NCBI GenBank assembly: GCA_963796105.1
Contig: CAWCKJ010000006.1
Span: 96,001 to 160,000 of the forward strand
DNA from: a candidate division FCPU426 bacterium
GTDB taxonomy: Bacteria > Oederibacteriota > Muellerivitia > Muellerivitales > Muellerivitaceae
DNA: 64,000 nucleotides
Reading direction: 5' to 3'
Under the pieces are notes generated by a model. The model had not been told where the DNA came from. It searched no databases and saw nothing but the letters and a program-made list of their open reading frames with translations. The position numbers and the translations under genes are program-made. Below, piece by piece: positions 12,006-24,496 of this stretch. The number at the start of each line of letters is the position of its first letter. Positions within the stretch are counted from its first letter, which is position 1.

Positions 12006-12608
12006 ATGAAGCATCCCGGATTGATGATAGTCATGTCCTCTCCCTCGGGCGGGGGGAAAACAACTATCGCCGAATTGTTGATGAAGAAGGATTCAAATAT
12101 CATCCGTTCGATTTCCTGTACTACGCGGGAGCCAAGGATCGGGGAGAAAAACGGCAAGGATTATTTTTTCATTTCAGATGCCCGATTCAAAAAGTTGGCT
12201 TCTCATGGGGAATTTTTGGAATGGGCTAAAGTTCACCGCCACTACTACGGAACCCCGCGCAAATGGGTTCAGGAACAGCTTTCGAAAGGTAAAGATGTCT
12301 TGATGGTCATCGATGTCCAGGGAGGGAAGGCTATCAAGGCGCAGAATCCGCAGGTTCTTCTTATCTTTTTGAAACCTCCTAACTTGTCTGTCCTAAAAGA
12401 ACGACTAATAGGCCGGAATTCGGAGGATGACGCATCCTTGAGTGAAAGGCTGAAAAACGCGAAGAAGGAAATGAGGGAAGGTGAAAAGTACGACTATCAA
12501 GTGACAAATAACCAATTGGCCAAGGCTGTCGCTAAAGTGAGGGGGATTATTTTAAAGGCACGTAAGAGAAAAACCTTTGCGGCCAAATTTAAAGGAAATC
12601 CCTGTTAA
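12006..12608 (+). CDS. gmk: guanylate kinase
   Basis: SPSGGGKTT, TTREPR.GE..GKDYFF, YYGTP. Confidence 0.96.
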   Translation: MKHPGLMIVMSSPSGGGKTTIAELLMKKDSNIIRSISCTTREPRIGEKNGKDYFFISDARFKKLASHGEFLEWAKVHRHYYGTPRKWVQEQLSKGKDVLMVIDVQGGKAIKAQNPQVLLIFLKPPNLSVLKERLIGRNSEDDASLSERLKNAKKEMREGEKYDYQVTNNQLAKAVAKVRGIILKARKRKTFAAKFKGNPC

Positions 12609-12757
12609 ATCCTTTTAAACACCAGAATTTCCATCGAGGAAGTTCATCCTTAATCAATAATTCTTTTCGTTTTATCATTACGATTTCCAGGAATGTTGGG
12701 TATAATCACCGTTTCCTAAAACACCTGTTTCACCTTAATCCCCATCGGAGGGTATGA

Positions 12758-12985
12758 ATGAGCGAAGAAAATAAAGACATGCCCACGGACGTCATGGAAA
12801 ACCGTTACATGGCGGTTTTGGCGGCCTCGAAACGGGCGCGCCAATTGCTAGATCGCGCTGAAAAGCACAAGCTAACCGTGGATACAGAAAAAGTCATCCT
12901 GCAAGCCTTAAACGAATACATGAGCCGTAAAGTTACTTATATCCAGTTTGATAACACCGCTAAGAAGAAAAAAGAAAAGGATTAA
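12758..12985 (+). CDS. rpoZ: RNA polymerase omega subunit
   Basis: NRY...LAASKRARQL motif; gmk-rpoZ-coaBC synteny. Confidence 0.85.
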   Translation: MSEENKDMPTDVMENRYMAVLAASKRARQLLDRAEKHKLTVDTEKVILQALNEYMSRKVTYIQFDNTAKKKKEKD

Positions 12986-13065
12986 TAGCGGCTGTCTTCA
13001 TCCGGGTACCGGTTGATAACTTTCATCCGAATTCCGGAAACTTCCTTTAAAAAAATTGGTTATCT

Positions 13066-14322
13066 ATGGCATCCATCCTTAAACCCAGAATCCTCCTGGG
13101 GGTCAATGGAAGCATTGCGGCTTATAAGGCCGTAGAGCTGATATTCCTCCTGAAAAAATTCTCGGATGTCCGTGTCGTGGCGACAGAGGCGGCCTCTCAT
13201 TTGGTGGATTTGAGGGAACTGCGTAAAGCCTCCGGGGCCCCTGTTTGGACAAGTTTATTCAAGGGTTCCACCCCCATTCCATCCGGTACTCCCAGCGGCA
13301 CCCATCCATTGGCGGTTGTTCCGCACATCGAATACGCTAAGAGTGCGGATCTCATCTTAATCGCCCCGGCCACCGCGGATTTCATGGCAAAAATGGCCTT
13401 GGGCCTGGCGGACGATTTACTCTCAAGTCTTTGTCTTTACGCCACCTGTCCTTTATGGGTGGCCCCCGCCATGAACGTCAATATGTGGAAGCATCCGGCG
13501 ACGGCGCGTAACCGGAAACTTTTATTTGAAAGGGGCGTTCGTTTTATTGGTCCGGATCAAGGCCACTTGGCCTGCGGGGACGTGGGCGAGGGACGATTTG
13601 TCGAACCCACTGAGATCGCATTCCAAGCCGAAAGTTATTTCAACCGATTTGGAAATTGGCGGGGAAAGAAAATCCTGGTGACGGCCGGGCCCACCCAGGA
13701 AGCCATTGATCCTGTGAGAATCATCACTAATCGCTCCAGCGGAAAAATGGGTTATGCGCTTGCCCAAGCCGCTTTGAACCGGGGGGCGGAAGTCACGCTT
13801 ATCCATGGGCCTGTTTCACTCTCACCCTTAACCGGCGCGAAAATGGTGCCTGTCATGACCGCGTTGGAATTAAATGACAAGGTTCTAGGACTTTTGCCGC
13901 AAACGCACGTTCTAATTATGGCCGCCGCGGTCGCGGATTATTCCGTCGCGAAACCGTCGAAAAATAAAATAAAAAAGAATAAAAATGAAATTTTACTCAA
14001 TCTGCGCAAAAATCCAGATATTCTTGGCGAGGTGCTTAATAAAAGAAAAAAAACACAGATTGTAGTTGGATTTGCCGCGGAAACGGAAAAACTCAAGAAA
14101 AACGCTAAGGAAAAATGGGAAAAGAAAAGATGCGACCTTCTTGTTGCCAATCTTGTGGGCCGGAAGGGAACCGGATTTGACAGCGATCAAAATGAGTTGG
14201 TTGTTTTCAGTAAAAAAATGGTTAACCCTATTCACATGAGGAAGGATTTGAAAAGCCGGCTGGCTGAAAAGATACTTGATCTGGTGGATGCTTTTTTTCC
14301 CCGAATAATTACAGAGAAATGA
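13066..14322 (+). CDS. coaBC: phosphopantothenoylcysteine decarboxylase/ligase
   Basis: GSIAAYK, APAMN..MW, LACGD.G.GR, TAGPT.E.IDPVR.ITNRSSGKMG, VGFAAET. Confidence 0.96.
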   Translation: MASILKPRILLGVNGSIAAYKAVELIFLLKKFSDVRVVATEAASHLVDLRELRKASGAPVWTSLFKGSTPIPSGTPSGTHPLAVVPHIEYAKSADLILIAPATADFMAKMALGLADDLLSSLCLYATCPLWVAPAMNVNMWKHPATARNRKLLFERGVRFIGPDQGHLACGDVGEGRFVEPTEIAFQAESYFNRFGNWRGKKILVTAGPTQEAIDPVRIITNRSSGKMGYALAQAALNRGAEVTLIHGPVSLSPLTGAKMVPVMTALELNDKVLGLLPQTHVLIMAAAVADYSVAKPSKNKIKKNKNEILLNLRKNPDILGEVLNKRKKTQIVVGFAAETEKLKKNAKEKWEKKRCDLLVANLVGRKGTGFDSDQNELVVFSKKMVNPIHMRKDLKSRLAEKILDLVDAFFPRIITEK

Positions 14323-15107
14323 GTTTAATGAAACACTTCCCGGAACATATCAAAAGACTCGGGATAAGATACTTGCCTCCTGATTATTTAAAGGCGGAAA
14401 CCCCGGGTCTTACTGAGTCATCTGCGCGAAAAACAACCACCGAAAAACCAATATTAGAACCAAATCCCAAAATAGACGAATCGGGCCCTTATAAGCCAAC
14501 TTACCCCAAATGGCTGACGGCCTCCCATGAAAGCATTTCAGCGATGGAGCTGATGGCTTACGATAAGGATATTTGCCAGTGCCAAAATTGCGCCCTGGGA
14601 AAAACCCGCAGGAATTTTGTGTTCGGAAGCGGAAATCCCCAGGCTGAAGTGATGTTTATCGGGGAAGCGCCGGGAGCGGAGGAGGACGCCCAAGGACTTC
14701 CTTTCGTCGGCGCCGCAGGACAACTGTTGACGAAAATCGTTGAATCCACAAAAACCTGGAAAAGATCCGAGGTTTTCATCTGCAACATATTAAAGTGCCG
14801 CCCTCCTGGCAACCGCACCCCTTTGCCGGAGGAGGTGGAACCATGCCGTCCGTATTTGGAGGAACAGATTAGAATCATTCATCCCAAATTCATCATGGCC
14901 CTCGGCGCAACCGCCGCCCAGGAATTGTTGAAGACAAAAGATTCCGTGGGGAAGCTTCGGAATAAATGGCATGATTTAGGGGGAACTCCATTGAGAGTGA
15001 CCTATCATCCGGCGGCTCTCCTGCGGTTTGACGGCTATAAAAAAGACGTTTGGGAAGACATGAAAGAATTGACGGCCAAGTACAACCTTGAAAAAGGGAA
15101 GACTTGA
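14319..15107 (+). CDS. family-4 uracil-DNA glycosylase (4Fe-4S)
   Basis: [32 protein letters not shown]. Confidence 0.93.
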   Translation: MSLMKHFPEHIKRLGIRYLPPDYLKAETPGLTESSARKTTTEKPILEPNPKIDESGPYKPTYPKWLTASHESISAMELMAYDKDICQCQNCALGKTRRNFVFGSGNPQAEVMFIGEAPGAEEDAQGLPFVGAAGQLLTKIVESTKTWKRSEVFICNILKCRPPGNRTPLPEEVEPCRPYLEEQIRIIHPKFIMALGATAAQELLKTKDSVGKLRNKWHDLGGTPLRVTYHPAALLRFDGYKKDVWEDMKELTAKYNLEKGKT

Positions 15108-15298
15108 ATTTCATCAAAAGATTAATTCCGCATCCCCAAAATGGGCCTTTTTCAATGCTTTTCCCATCTGCAATATTTATTAAATCAAAGCAAACACCTT
15201 TATTTCCTTAATGAAAACCGTTAAAACATCACGAAACTTTGGTTTCTAATAACCTGTTATAATTTGCCTATCAATTTCTTCTCGAATGGGTCCGGCTC

Positions 15299-18200
15299 AT
15301 GCGTTTCCGAAAAACAGCATATTTTTTAATGTTTTTTTTCGTGTTTTTGACCCAAACACGCATTTTTGTTCACGCCGCCACTATCCAATCGGTTCAATCG
15401 GGAACTAACACCATTGCTGCGCCTAATTCTGCTATTACTGTGACGTTGCCACAGGCAGTGACTCCGAGCAATTCCTTTTTGATATTCAGCACATCCTCCA
15501 ATGGTCCAGCGCCAAACAATACCTTTGTAACAGGACAACTTGATGCCTCCAACGGTGCTGCATTGACATTTTCATGTGCAATTGCGCCTGGACCGGCGAC
15601 TCCCGTCTCAATCCAATGGTATGTGGCTCAGTTTACGCATGGAGTGACGGTCCAAAGGGGCTCGGTAGCTATGAATGGAACTACAGTTAATGTTCCTATA
15701 CCCACTGCCGTTGATTTATCGAAAAGTTTTCCAATTATCAGTTTAAAAACTTCTGATGCAACTTTTGGCGGTGGTGAATTCATTCAAGCGGCGATTAGTT
15801 CTACGACTAATCTCCAACTTTCCGCTAATAACATTCCAACAGCACCTTCCACCGTATCTTGGCAGGTCATCCAATTTGATAATGTAAGCGTCCAATATGG
15901 AACGATTTCACTTCCTGCAGGTGCCTTTAGCACGGACGTCCCTCTCTCCTCACCAATAATACCTTCCCAATCTTGGCTATTGTTTACTAATTCTACAAAT
16001 TTTGCTTCTAACGATATGAGGCAAAACCTTTTGCAGAGTTCGATCACGGGAGCTAATGACCTCTTGTTTACTAGAAATGGTTTCGGCATTACTTCCGTTC
16101 TTAACGTGAGTTGGTATGTTGTCCAATTTTCGGATGGAACCGCGGTTCAAAGTGGGACAGAAGCATTCCAGCCTACGGATTTGACCAATGGCGCTTTATT
16201 GCAGAGTATCGCTTTAAATCAAAGTATCGCCTCAGCGGGAGGACTTTATTACGGGGGCGGGGATGTATTAACCAACACTCAAACTAATCCGGAAGTGGCC
16301 ATGGGTTTGCTGGCGTTAACCAGTACTACAAACCTTCAGATTACAAGGGCTACTAACGGCGGTGGTGCCGGATGGGCGTCGAATTTTGGATGGAATGTTG
16401 TTCAATTTCCTTTAGCTACCGCCACTCCAACAAAAACATCCACATTTACTTCCACAAATACAAATACGAATACACCGACTCCAACTTTAACACCGACTCC
16501 CACCTTTACAAATACTCCAACGAACACGCCTACTTATACGCCAACTCAACCGGCAATATCGATCGGAGTGTGGACGCCGACCCCGGGAAACTCAACCCAA
16601 ATACCTGGGGCATCAAGCGTTCAAGAGATGAATTTGCAAGTAATCAATAACAGTAATGAAGGGGTGAGCTTGGACTATTTGGTGTTAAAGGCTACGGACC
16701 TAAGCGGCGCTAACTCTGGAACTGGAATTTACTCGGTAGATCTTTATAAGAGTGGGGAGCTGTTGGCAAGTTCGACCTATTCAGGTGCAAACGGGGTTGT
16801 AACTTTGGGTGGTTATCCATTAGACACTCTGACGGCAACAGGGTCGGCTGGAGCCACGGCAAATTACCAGGTGGAATATGATTTTTCGGCTGCCGCTCCT
16901 ACCGGAACATATCAAGGTATTATTACAGGAAATGCAAACTTGGTTGGGGCTGGGATTTCCTCACTACAACCGATTCTGGTGACTGGTGCTCCAATAAATG
17001 GGGCAACCATCACGATCGCGACACCAACCCTGACACCAACGCCGACAAATACGTCAACGAACACACCGACGGATACGCCGACGCCGACCTACACACCGAC
17101 TCCGACTGCTACTCCGACCTATACCCCCACAGACACACCCACATACACTCCAACAAACACGCCAACCAACACCCCGACCCCAACTCCCACGGATACTCCT
17201 ACTCCGACGCCCACGGATACCCCAACGCCGACGCCAACAGATACATCCACTGACACACCGACCCCGACCTTTACATCAACAAGTACGCCCACTCCGACGC
17301 CATATTTGTTGAGCGTGGCAACGGTGTCAGGGACGCCGCCGAACACGGTTCAGATCCCCGGAGCGCAAAACGTGGGGGTATTGCAGTTCAGCTTGAGCAA
17401 TCCTGGGACGTCGGCGGTGACCTTATACGGGCTGGTAATGCAGGCTGTGGGGAATGGGACGCAAGTGTCCGGGGTCAACCTGCTGGATGGGGGAGGGTTG
17501 ATACTGGAGAGCAAGGCATATAGCGCCGGGTACGTGACGTTGGGAGGAGCCCCGCTGACGGTTCTGGGGAGCGGAGTGGTGACTTTTGGAGTGAGTTATA
17601 ACTTCCAAACGACGGCGGCGACTGGGGATTATGGGGTGTCCTTGACGGGTGTCCGAGGAATAGATGACACGGGTCAGGTGGCTCAGGTTAGCGGGATACC
17701 GGTAGGTGGGGCAACCATCACGATTGCGACTCCAACCCCGACACCAACTCCGACCTACACATCGACGAATACACCGACGGATACGCCGACTCCGACATTC
17801 ACCCCAACGCCAACCGATACACCAACCTATACTCCCACAGACACACCCACATCCACTCCAACGAACACGCCAACCAACACTCCGACCCCAACTCCCACGA
17901 ATACACCAACCCTGACACCGACCAATACTCCTACGCCGACGCCAACTTATACCTCTACTGACACGCCGACGAACACCCCGACGGCGACGCCGACGCCGAC
18001 CTATACGCAGCAGGCTGTGCAGATAAGCAATGGAACGCCTGTAGTGGCCGGGGCGACGGTGATCCCTGGAGCGATGAGCGTGACGGTGATGAACCTGCAG
18101 GTACTCAACCAAAGCACGGAATCTGTGACGTTGAGTACGGTAACCTTGACGGCGTCGGGAAGCGGGAATGACGCTGGAGTGACGGTGAAGCTGTACAAGG

Positions 18201-21200
18201 GAACGACACCGTTGGCCATCGGGGTATATGGGACGGACAATGGCCAAGTGGTACTAGGATTTGGAAGTGATGTGGTAGGGGCTGGATTGACGCAGAATTA
18301 CCTGGTGACCTATGACTTCCCGATAGGGGCAAGCACAGGAACATACCAGGCTAGCGTGGCACAGAACACGGACTTGGCTGGGACAGGGGCATTCCGGGCA
18401 ATCCTGGTGAATGGGGCGCCGGTGACTGGGGCGGTTATCACGGTGGCCCTGCCGACGGCGACTTTTACTCCGACCTACACATCGACGAATACACCGACGG
18501 ATACGCCGACTCCGACATTCACCCCAACGCCAACCGATACACCAACCTATACTCCCACAGACACACCCACATCCACTCCAACGAACACGCCAACCAACAC
18601 TCCGACCCCAACTCCCACGAATACACCAACCCTGACACCGACCAATACTCCTACGCCGACGCCAACTTATACCTCTACTGACACGCCGACGAACACCCCG
18701 ACGGCGACGCCGACGCCGACCTATACGCAGCAGGCTGTGCAGATAAGCAATGGAACGCCTGTAGTGGCCGGGGCGACGGTGATCCCTGGAGCGATGAGCG
18801 TGACGGTGATGAACCTGCAGGTACTCAACCAAAGCACGGAATCTGTGACGTTGAGTACGGTAACCTTGACGGCGTCGGGAAGCGGGAATGACGCTGGAGT
18901 GACGGTGAAGCTGTACAAGGGAACGACACCGTTGGCCATCGGGGTATATGGGACGGACAATGGCCAAGTGGTACTAGGATTTGGAAGTGATGTGGTAGGG
19001 GCTGGATTGACGCAGAATTACCTGGTGACCTATGACTTCCCGATAGGGGCAAGCACAGGAACATACCAGGCTAGCGTGGCACAGAACACGGACTTGGCTG
19101 GGACAGGGGCATTCCGGGCAATCCTGGTGAATGGGGCGCCGGTGACTGGGGCGGTTATCACGGTGGCCCTGCCGACGGCGACTTTTACTCCGACCTACAC
19201 ATCGACGAATACACCGACGGATACGCCGACTCCGACATTCACCCCAACGCCAACCGATACACCAACCTATACTCCCACAGACACACCCACATCCACTCCA
19301 ACGAACACGCCAACCAACACTCCGACCCCAACTCCCACGAATACACCAACCCTGACACCGACCAATACTCCTACGCCGACGCCAACTTATACCTCTACTG
19401 ACACGCCGACGAACACCCCGACGGCGACGCCGACGCCGACCTATACGCAGCAGGCTGTGCAGATAAGCAATGGAACGCCTGTAGTGGCCGGGGCGACGGT
19501 GATCCCTGGAGCGATGAGCGTGACGGTGATGAACCTGCAGGTACTCAACCAAAGCACGGAATCTGTGACGTTGAGTACGGTAACCTTGACGGCGTCGGGA
19601 AGCGGGAATGACGCTGGAGTGACGGTGAAGCTGTACAAGGGAACGACACCGTTGGCCATCGGGGTATATGGGACGGACAATGGCCAAGTGGTACTAGGAT
19701 TTGGAAGTGATGTGGTAGGGGCTGGATTGACGCAGAATTACCTGGTGACCTATGACTTCCCGATAGGGGCAAGCACAGGAACATACCAGGCTAGCGTGGC
19801 ACAGAACACGGACTTGGCTGGGACAGGGGCATTCCGGGCAATCCTGGTGAATGGGGCGCCGGTGACTGGGGCGGTTATCACGGTGGCCCTGCCGACGGCG
19901 ACTTTTACTCCGACCTACACATCGACGAATACACCGACGGATACGCCGACTCCGACATTCACCCCAACGCCAACCGATACACCAACCTATACTCCCACAG
20001 ACACACCCACATCCACTCCAACGAACACGCCAACCAACACTCCGACCCCAACTCCCACGAATACACCAACCCTGACACCGACCAATACTCCTACGCCGAC
20101 GCCAACTTATACCTCTACTGACACGCCGACGAACACCCCGACGGCGACGCCGACGCCGACCTATACGCAGCAGGCTGTGCAGATAAGCAATGGAACGCCT
20201 GTAGTGGAAGGCATGACGGTGGCCCTGCCGACGGCGACTTTTACTCCGACCTACACATCGACGAATACACCGACGGATACGCCGACTCCGACATTCACCC
20301 CAACGCCAACCGATACACCAACCTATACTCCCACAGACACACCCACATCCACTCCAACGAACACGCCAACCAACACTCCGACCCCAACTCCCACGAATAC
20401 ACCAACCCTGACACCGACCAATACTCCTACGCCGACGCCAACTTATACCTCTACTGACACGCCGACGAACACCCCGACGGCGACGCCGACGCCGACCTAT
20501 ACGCAGCAGGCTGTGCAGATAAGCAATGGAACGCCTGTAGTGGCCGGGGCGACGGTGATCCCTGGAGCGATGAGCGTGACGGTGATGAACCTGCAGGTAC
20601 TCAACCAAAGCACGGAATCTGTGACGTTGAGTACGGTAACCTTGACGGCGTCGGGAAGCGGGAATGACGCTGGAGTGACGGTGAAGCTGTACAAGGGAAC
20701 GACACCGTTGGCCATCGGGGTATATGGGACGGACAATGGCCAAGTGGTACTAGGATTTGGAAGTGATGTGGTAGGGGCTGGATTGACGCAGAATTACCTG
20801 GTGACCTATGACTTCCCGATAGGGGCAAGCACAGGAACATACCAGGCTAGCGTGGCACAGAACACGGACTTGGCTGGGACAGGGGCATTCCGGGCAATCC
20901 TGGTGAATGGGGCGCCGGTGACTGGGGCGGTTATCACGGTGGCCCTGCCGACGGCGACTTTTACTCCGACCTACACATCGACGAATACACCGACGGATAC
21001 GCCGACTCCGACATTCACCCCAACGCCAACCGATACACCAACCTATACTCCCACAGACACACCCACATCCACTCCAACGAACACGCCAACCAACACTCCG
21101 ACCCCAACTCCCACGAATACACCAACCCTGACACCGACCAATACTCCTACGCCGACGCCAACTTATACCTCTACTGACACGCCGACGAACACCCCGACGG

Positions 21201-24200
21201 CGACGCCGACGCCGACCTATACGCAGCAGGCTGTGCAGATAAGCAATGGAACGCCTGTAGTGGCCGGGGCGACGGTGATCCCTGGAGCGATGAGCGTGAC
21301 GGTGATGAACCTGCAGGTACTCAACCAAAGCACGGAATCTGTGACGTTGAGTACGGTGACCTTGACGGCATCGGGAAACGGAATTGACGCTGGAGTGACG
21401 GTGAAGCTGTACAAGGGAGCGGCTCCGTTGGCCATCGGGGTATATGGGACGGACAATGGACAGGTGGTACTAGGATTTGGAAATGATGTGATTGGCGCGG
21501 GACTATCCCAGAATTACCTGGTGACCTATGACTTCCCGATAGGGGCAAGCACAGGGACATACCAGGCTAGCGTGGCACAGAACACGGACTTGGCTGGGAC
21601 AGGGGCATTCCGGGCAATCCTGGTGAATGGGGCGCCGGTGACTGGGGCGGTCATGACGGTGGCCCAACCGACAGCGACCTTTACGCCAACCTACACGTCA
21701 ACTAATACAACCACGAATACACCTACTCCAACACTCACCTTTACACCTACGAAAACTCCTACAAATACTTCCACGAACACACCCACTCCGACACCGACCT
21801 TCACTCCGACGAACACACCGACCTTTACACCCACATTTACTCCTACGAATACGCCGACGAACACCCCTACGGCCACCCCGACGCCGACCTATACGCAGCA
21901 GGCGGTGCAGATAAGCAATGGAACGCCTGTGGTGGCAGGTGCAACGGTGATTCCCGGGGCGATGGGAGTTACGGTGATGAACCTGCAGGTACTCAACCAA
22001 AGCGCGCAGTCGGTGACGTTGAGTACGGTGACCTTGACAGCGTCGGGAAGCGGAATTGACGCCGGGGTGACGGTGAAGCTTTATAAGGGAACGACGCCGT
22101 TGGCCATCGGGGTATATGGGACGGACAATGGACAGGTGGTACTAGGATTTGGAAATGATGTGATTGGCGCGGGACTATCCCAGAATTACCTGGTGACCTA
22201 TGACTTCCCGATAGGGGCAAGCACAGGGACATACCAGGCGAGCGTGGTACAGAACACGGACTTGGCTGGGGCGGGAGCTTTCCGGGCGATTCTGGTGAAC
22301 GGGGCGCCGGTGAATGGGGCGATTATGACAGTCGCCCTACCGACGGCGACCTTTACGGCGACAAATACGTCGACGAACACACCAACACCAACAAACACTT
22401 TTACGAGCACGCCCACTTACACTCCGACGAATACACCCACATCAACCCCGCCGGTTTTATTAGTGGCCACGGTGGTGGGAACACCCCCTAATTCAACACA
22501 AATTCCAGGGGCTACGGGAGTGCCGGTGTTGCAGTTCACGGTAAAAAACTCAAGCCCGGACGTGGTTAATATGGGTTCTATTGTGCTGGCGGTGGGAACT
22601 CCGACAGGAGGATCTGTTACGGAAATAACCCCGACTTTGTGGAAGGGAACGACGGTTATATTCAGCTCGGCCACTTGGTCTGGTGGAAACCTCACATTAA
22701 GTTTCAGCGACACACTGCCAGCCGGGCCCTCTTCTCAAACCTATCAAGTGACCTATAGTTTCTCGAATTCTTCTGCGACGGGGGCCTACTCAACTTCCTT
22801 GCAAACTTTGCAAGGAGTGGATAGCGTTTCGGGGCAGTCGGTGCAGGTGAGCGGGGTGCCGGCGGCTGGAGCGGTGATCACTATCGCCCTGCCCACAGCG
22901 ACCTTTACTTCAACATTTACGCCGACGAGCACACCCACTCATACACCGACCTTTACGCCGACCAACACGCCCACAAATACGTACACTCCCACGATGACCC
23001 CGACATCCACCCCATTGCCTCCTGTTCAGCTTGTGTTTTTAACGCCTTCTCCAGCATTGACTCCTTTTTCGGCAGGTTTAAACGGCGGCCCCCTCGTGAT
23101 CGAGGCGCAAAATTCCCAGGGGCAACCAGCCACCTTAACGGGAATCTTAACAATTAATCTATATTCTAATTCGACAGGTGAATATTATTTTCTGGATTCC
23201 TCGGGCGGCACAACCATATCCGCCTTGACCATTTCACCTGGATCCTCCGCGGCTACAATCAACTACCTGGATTATAAAGCCGGGGTTTGGGCTCTCACCG
23301 CCACATCCTCAACTTTGGCGCCGGCTGGTTTGCCTGTAACGGTATCGACGTCTACTTACGCCCAGCTTCAGGTGCTTTTGCCGGGCGAATCGGCTGATCC
23401 GGGAAAACCTTTATTGGATCCCTTAGGCCATACCGGCAGTCCTAGTAATGAACAAGCTGGTTATCCTTTTTCGGCCACAGTAAATGCCGTGGACGCTTAT
23501 TACAATGTTTTCACAGGTGCCGGCGATCCCTTGACCTTTACCGTTAGCGACCCTAATTCGCCCGCTCAAGGAGTCACCACCCTTAATCAAGGAACCGCCG
23601 TAAACAACAACATCGTGATGGATACGCCCAATAGCAGTCAGGCAGTTACGGTAAAGGATTTAAGCAACGCTAAAATTGGCGTTAGCGATCCTGTGTTCAT
23701 ATTGGCTGGAAGTCGAAGCCTCATCCTGAATGTGACCCACTATTCGCCTAAACTTTCCACTGTAACAGGAGGCCAGGCTGGTATCACCGTATTGGCCCTT
23801 GATTTCAGCGTGAAACAAGGCAGTGACCCCATATCCATCATGGGACTTGTCATCCACGCCGAGGACGATAAAAACAATCCGGTGCCATTCGGGACAGCTT
23901 TCCAAAATCTTTGGTATACCGGGGGTGGAGGCATAAATGGCTCAATGAATGTCGCCGGGTCCTCTTCTGATATGGTGACACTAGGAACTGCTCTTACGGT
24001 ACCTGCTTTGTCCTCGCTATCCGTCACCATTGGAGTAGATATGGCCCCTCAACCCACCGCCAAGAGCGTCAAGCTCTCATTGGATGGACCTGGGTCCTTT
24101 AACGCTGAAGATCCGGTCGCGCCAGCCACCGTGGCTGGGGTTACCACCATCGGCGACAGTACCGGATTCCCCATCCAATCGGAAACAATGGCTTTCCTTT

Positions 24201-24496
24201 CTCCGGATGTAGCGTCCACATTCGGCAACTATCCGAATCCATTCAGGGCGGGTTTGGAAAGCACGACCATCGAGTTTAACTTGACCACGCCCACGGAAGT
24301 GTCATTGCAACTCTATGATGTCATGGGTTCCAAAGTGATAACGTTGTTGGAAAATAAAACACTATCAGCCGGTCTTCAGAGAATATCCTGGGATGGCCGA
24401 AATGGCACGGGTTCCTATGTCCTTAATGGAGTTTATTATGCCCAACTTAGCGTCAATGGTAATAAATACCTGTTGAAAATCGCGGTGGTGAAATAA
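15299..24496 (+). CDS. giant secreted surface protein (3065 aa): beta-rich repeats separated by Pro/Thr linkers, with a C-terminal FlgD-Ig/T9SS-CTD-like domain
   Basis: signal peptide, N-terminal VQxG(T/S) repeats, TPT linkers, repeated ~240-aa unit, C-terminal GNYPNPF...WDGRN...NGVY...KIAVVK. Confidence 0.88.
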   Translation: MRFRKTAYFLMFFFVFLTQTRIFVHAATIQSVQSGTNTIAAPNSAITVTLPQAVTPSNSFLIFSTSSNGPAPNNTFVTGQLDASNGAALTFSCAIAPGPATPVSIQWYVAQFTHGVTVQRGSVAMNGTTVNVPIPTAVDLSKSFPIISLKTSDATFGGGEFIQAAISSTTNLQLSANNIPTAPSTVSWQVIQFDNVSVQYGTISLPAGAFSTDVPLSSPIIPSQSWLLFTNSTNFASNDMRQNLLQSSITGANDLLFTRNGFGITSVLNVSWYVVQFSDGTAVQSGTEAFQPTDLTNGALLQSIALNQSIASAGGLYYGGGDVLTNTQTNPEVAMGLLALTSTTNLQITRATNGGGAGWASNFGWNVVQFPLATATPTKTSTFTSTNTNTNTPTPTLTPTPTFTNTPTNTPTYTPTQPAISIGVWTPTPGNSTQIPGASSVQEMNLQVINNSNEGVSLDYLVLKATDLSGANSGTGIYSVDLYKSGELLASSTYSGANGVVTLGGYPLDTLTATGSAGATANYQVEYDFSAAAPTGTYQGIITGNANLVGAGISSLQPILVTGAPINGATITIATPTLTPTPTNTSTNTPTDTPTPTYTPTPTATPTYTPTDTPTYTPTNTPTNTPTPTPTDTPTPTPTDTPTPTPTDTSTDTPTPTFTSTSTPTPTPYLLSVATVSGTPPNTVQIPGAQNVGVLQFSLSNPGTSAVTLYGLVMQAVGNGTQVSGVNLLDGGGLILESKAYSAGYVTLGGAPLTVLGSGVVTFGVSYNFQTTAATGDYGVSLTGVRGIDDTGQVAQVSGIPVGGATITIATPTPTPTPTYTSTNTPTDTPTPTFTPTPTDTPTYTPTDTPTSTPTNTPTNTPTPTPTNTPTLTPTNTPTPTPTYTSTDTPTNTPTATPTPTYTQQAVQISNGTPVVAGATVIPGAMSVTVMNLQVLNQSTESVTLSTVTLTASGSGNDAGVTVKLYKGTTPLAIGVYGTDNGQVVLGFGSDVVGAGLTQNYLVTYDFPIGASTGTYQASVAQNTDLAGTGAFRAILVNGAPVTGAVITVALPTATFTPTYTSTNTPTDTPTPTFTPTPTDTPTYTPTDTPTSTPTNTPTNTPTPTPTNTPTLTPTNTPTPTPTYTSTDTPTNTPTATPTPTYTQQAVQISNGTPVVAGATVIPGAMSVTVMNLQVLNQSTESVTLSTVTLTASGSGNDAGVTVKLYKGTTPLAIGVYGTDNGQVVLGFGSDVVGAGLTQNYLVTYDFPIGASTGTYQASVAQNTDLAGTGAFRAILVNGAPVTGAVITVALPTATFTPTYTSTNTPTDTPTPTFTPTPTDTPTYTPTDTPTSTPTNTPTNTPTPTPTNTPTLTPTNTPTPTPTYTSTDTPTNTPTATPTPTYTQQAVQISNGTPVVAGATVIPGAMSVTVMNLQVLNQSTESVTLSTVTLTASGSGNDAGVTVKLYKGTTPLAIGVYGTDNGQVVLGFGSDVVGAGLTQNYLVTYDFPIGASTGTYQASVAQNTDLAGTGAFRAILVNGAPVTGAVITVALPTATFTPTYTSTNTPTDTPTPTFTPTPTDTPTYTPTDTPTSTPTNTPTNTPTPTPTNTPTLTPTNTPTPTPTYTSTDTPTNTPTATPTPTYTQQAVQISNGTPVVEGMTVALPTATFTPTYTSTNTPTDTPTPTFTPTPTDTPTYTPTDTPTSTPTNTPTNTPTPTPTNTPTLTPTNTPTPTPTYTSTDTPTNTPTATPTPTYTQQAVQISNGTPVVAGATVIPGAMSVTVMNLQVLNQSTESVTLSTVTLTASGSGNDAGVTVKLYKGTTPLAIGVYGTDNGQVVLGFGSDVVGAGLTQNYLVTYDFPIGASTGTYQASVAQNTDLAGTGAFRAILVNGAPVTGAVITVALPTATFTPTYTSTNTPTDTPTPTFTPTPTDTPTYTPTDTPTSTPTNTPTNTPTPTPTNTPTLTPTNTPTPTPTYTSTDTPTNTPTATPTPTYTQQAVQISNGTPVVAGATVIPGAMSVTVMNLQVLNQSTESVTLSTVTLTASGNGIDAGVTVKLYKGAAPLAIGVYGTDNGQVVLGFGNDVIGAGLSQNYLVTYDFPIGASTGTYQASVAQNTDLAGTGAFRAILVNGAPVTGAVMTVAQPTATFTPTYTSTNTTTNTPTPTLTFTPTKTPTNTSTNTPTPTPTFTPTNTPTFTPTFTPTNTPTNTPTATPTPTYTQQAVQISNGTPVVAGATVIPGAMGVTVMNLQVLNQSAQSVTLSTVTLTASGSGIDAGVTVKLYKGTTPLAIGVYGTDNGQVVLGFGNDVIGAGLSQNYLVTYDFPIGASTGTYQASVVQNTDLAGAGAFRAILVNGAPVNGAIMTVALPTATFTATNTSTNTPTPTNTFTSTPTYTPTNTPTSTPPVLLVATVVGTPPNSTQIPGATGVPVLQFTVKNSSPDVVNMGSIVLAVGTPTGGSVTEITPTLWKGTTVIFSSATWSGGNLTLSFSDTLPAGPSSQTYQVTYSFSNSSATGAYSTSLQTLQGVDSVSGQSVQVSGVPAAGAVITIALPTATFTSTFTPTSTPTHTPTFTPTNTPTNTYTPTMTPTSTPLPPVQLVFLTPSPALTPFSAGLNGGPLVIEAQNSQGQPATLTGILTINLYSNSTGEYYFLDSSGGTTISALTISPGSSAATINYLDYKAGVWALTATSSTLAPAGLPVTVSTSTYAQLQVLLPGESADPGKPLLDPLGHTGSPSNEQAGYPFSATVNAVDAYYNVFTGAGDPLTFTVSDPNSPAQGVTTLNQGTAVNNNIVMDTPNSSQAVTVKDLSNAKIGVSDPVFILAGSRSLILNVTHYSPKLSTVTGGQAGITVLALDFSVKQGSDPISIMGLVIHAEDDKNNPVPFGTAFQNLWYTGGGGINGSMNVAGSSSDMVTLGTALTVPALSSLSVTIGVDMAPQPTAKSVKLSLDGPGSFNAEDPVAPATVAGVTTIGDSTGFPIQSETMAFLSPDVASTFGNYPNPFRAGLESTTIEFNLTTPTEVSLQLYDVMGSKVITLLENKTLSAGLQRISWDGRNGTGSYVLNGVYYAQLSVNGNKYLLKIAVVK
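17747..21357 (+). repeat. 720-bp tandem intragenic repeat (four full copies, one 336-bp deleted copy, one partial copy; diverged copies continue to ~22330)
   Basis: sequence lines at 18001/18721/19441 are identical; units start at 17747, 18467, 19187, 19907 (336 bp), 20243 and 20963. Confidence 0.95.

Noticed and set aside
17119..22713. Many antisense and alternative-frame ORFs (Arg-rich, VGVG-rich)
   Set aside because: Shadows of the Pro/Thr repeat-coding strand
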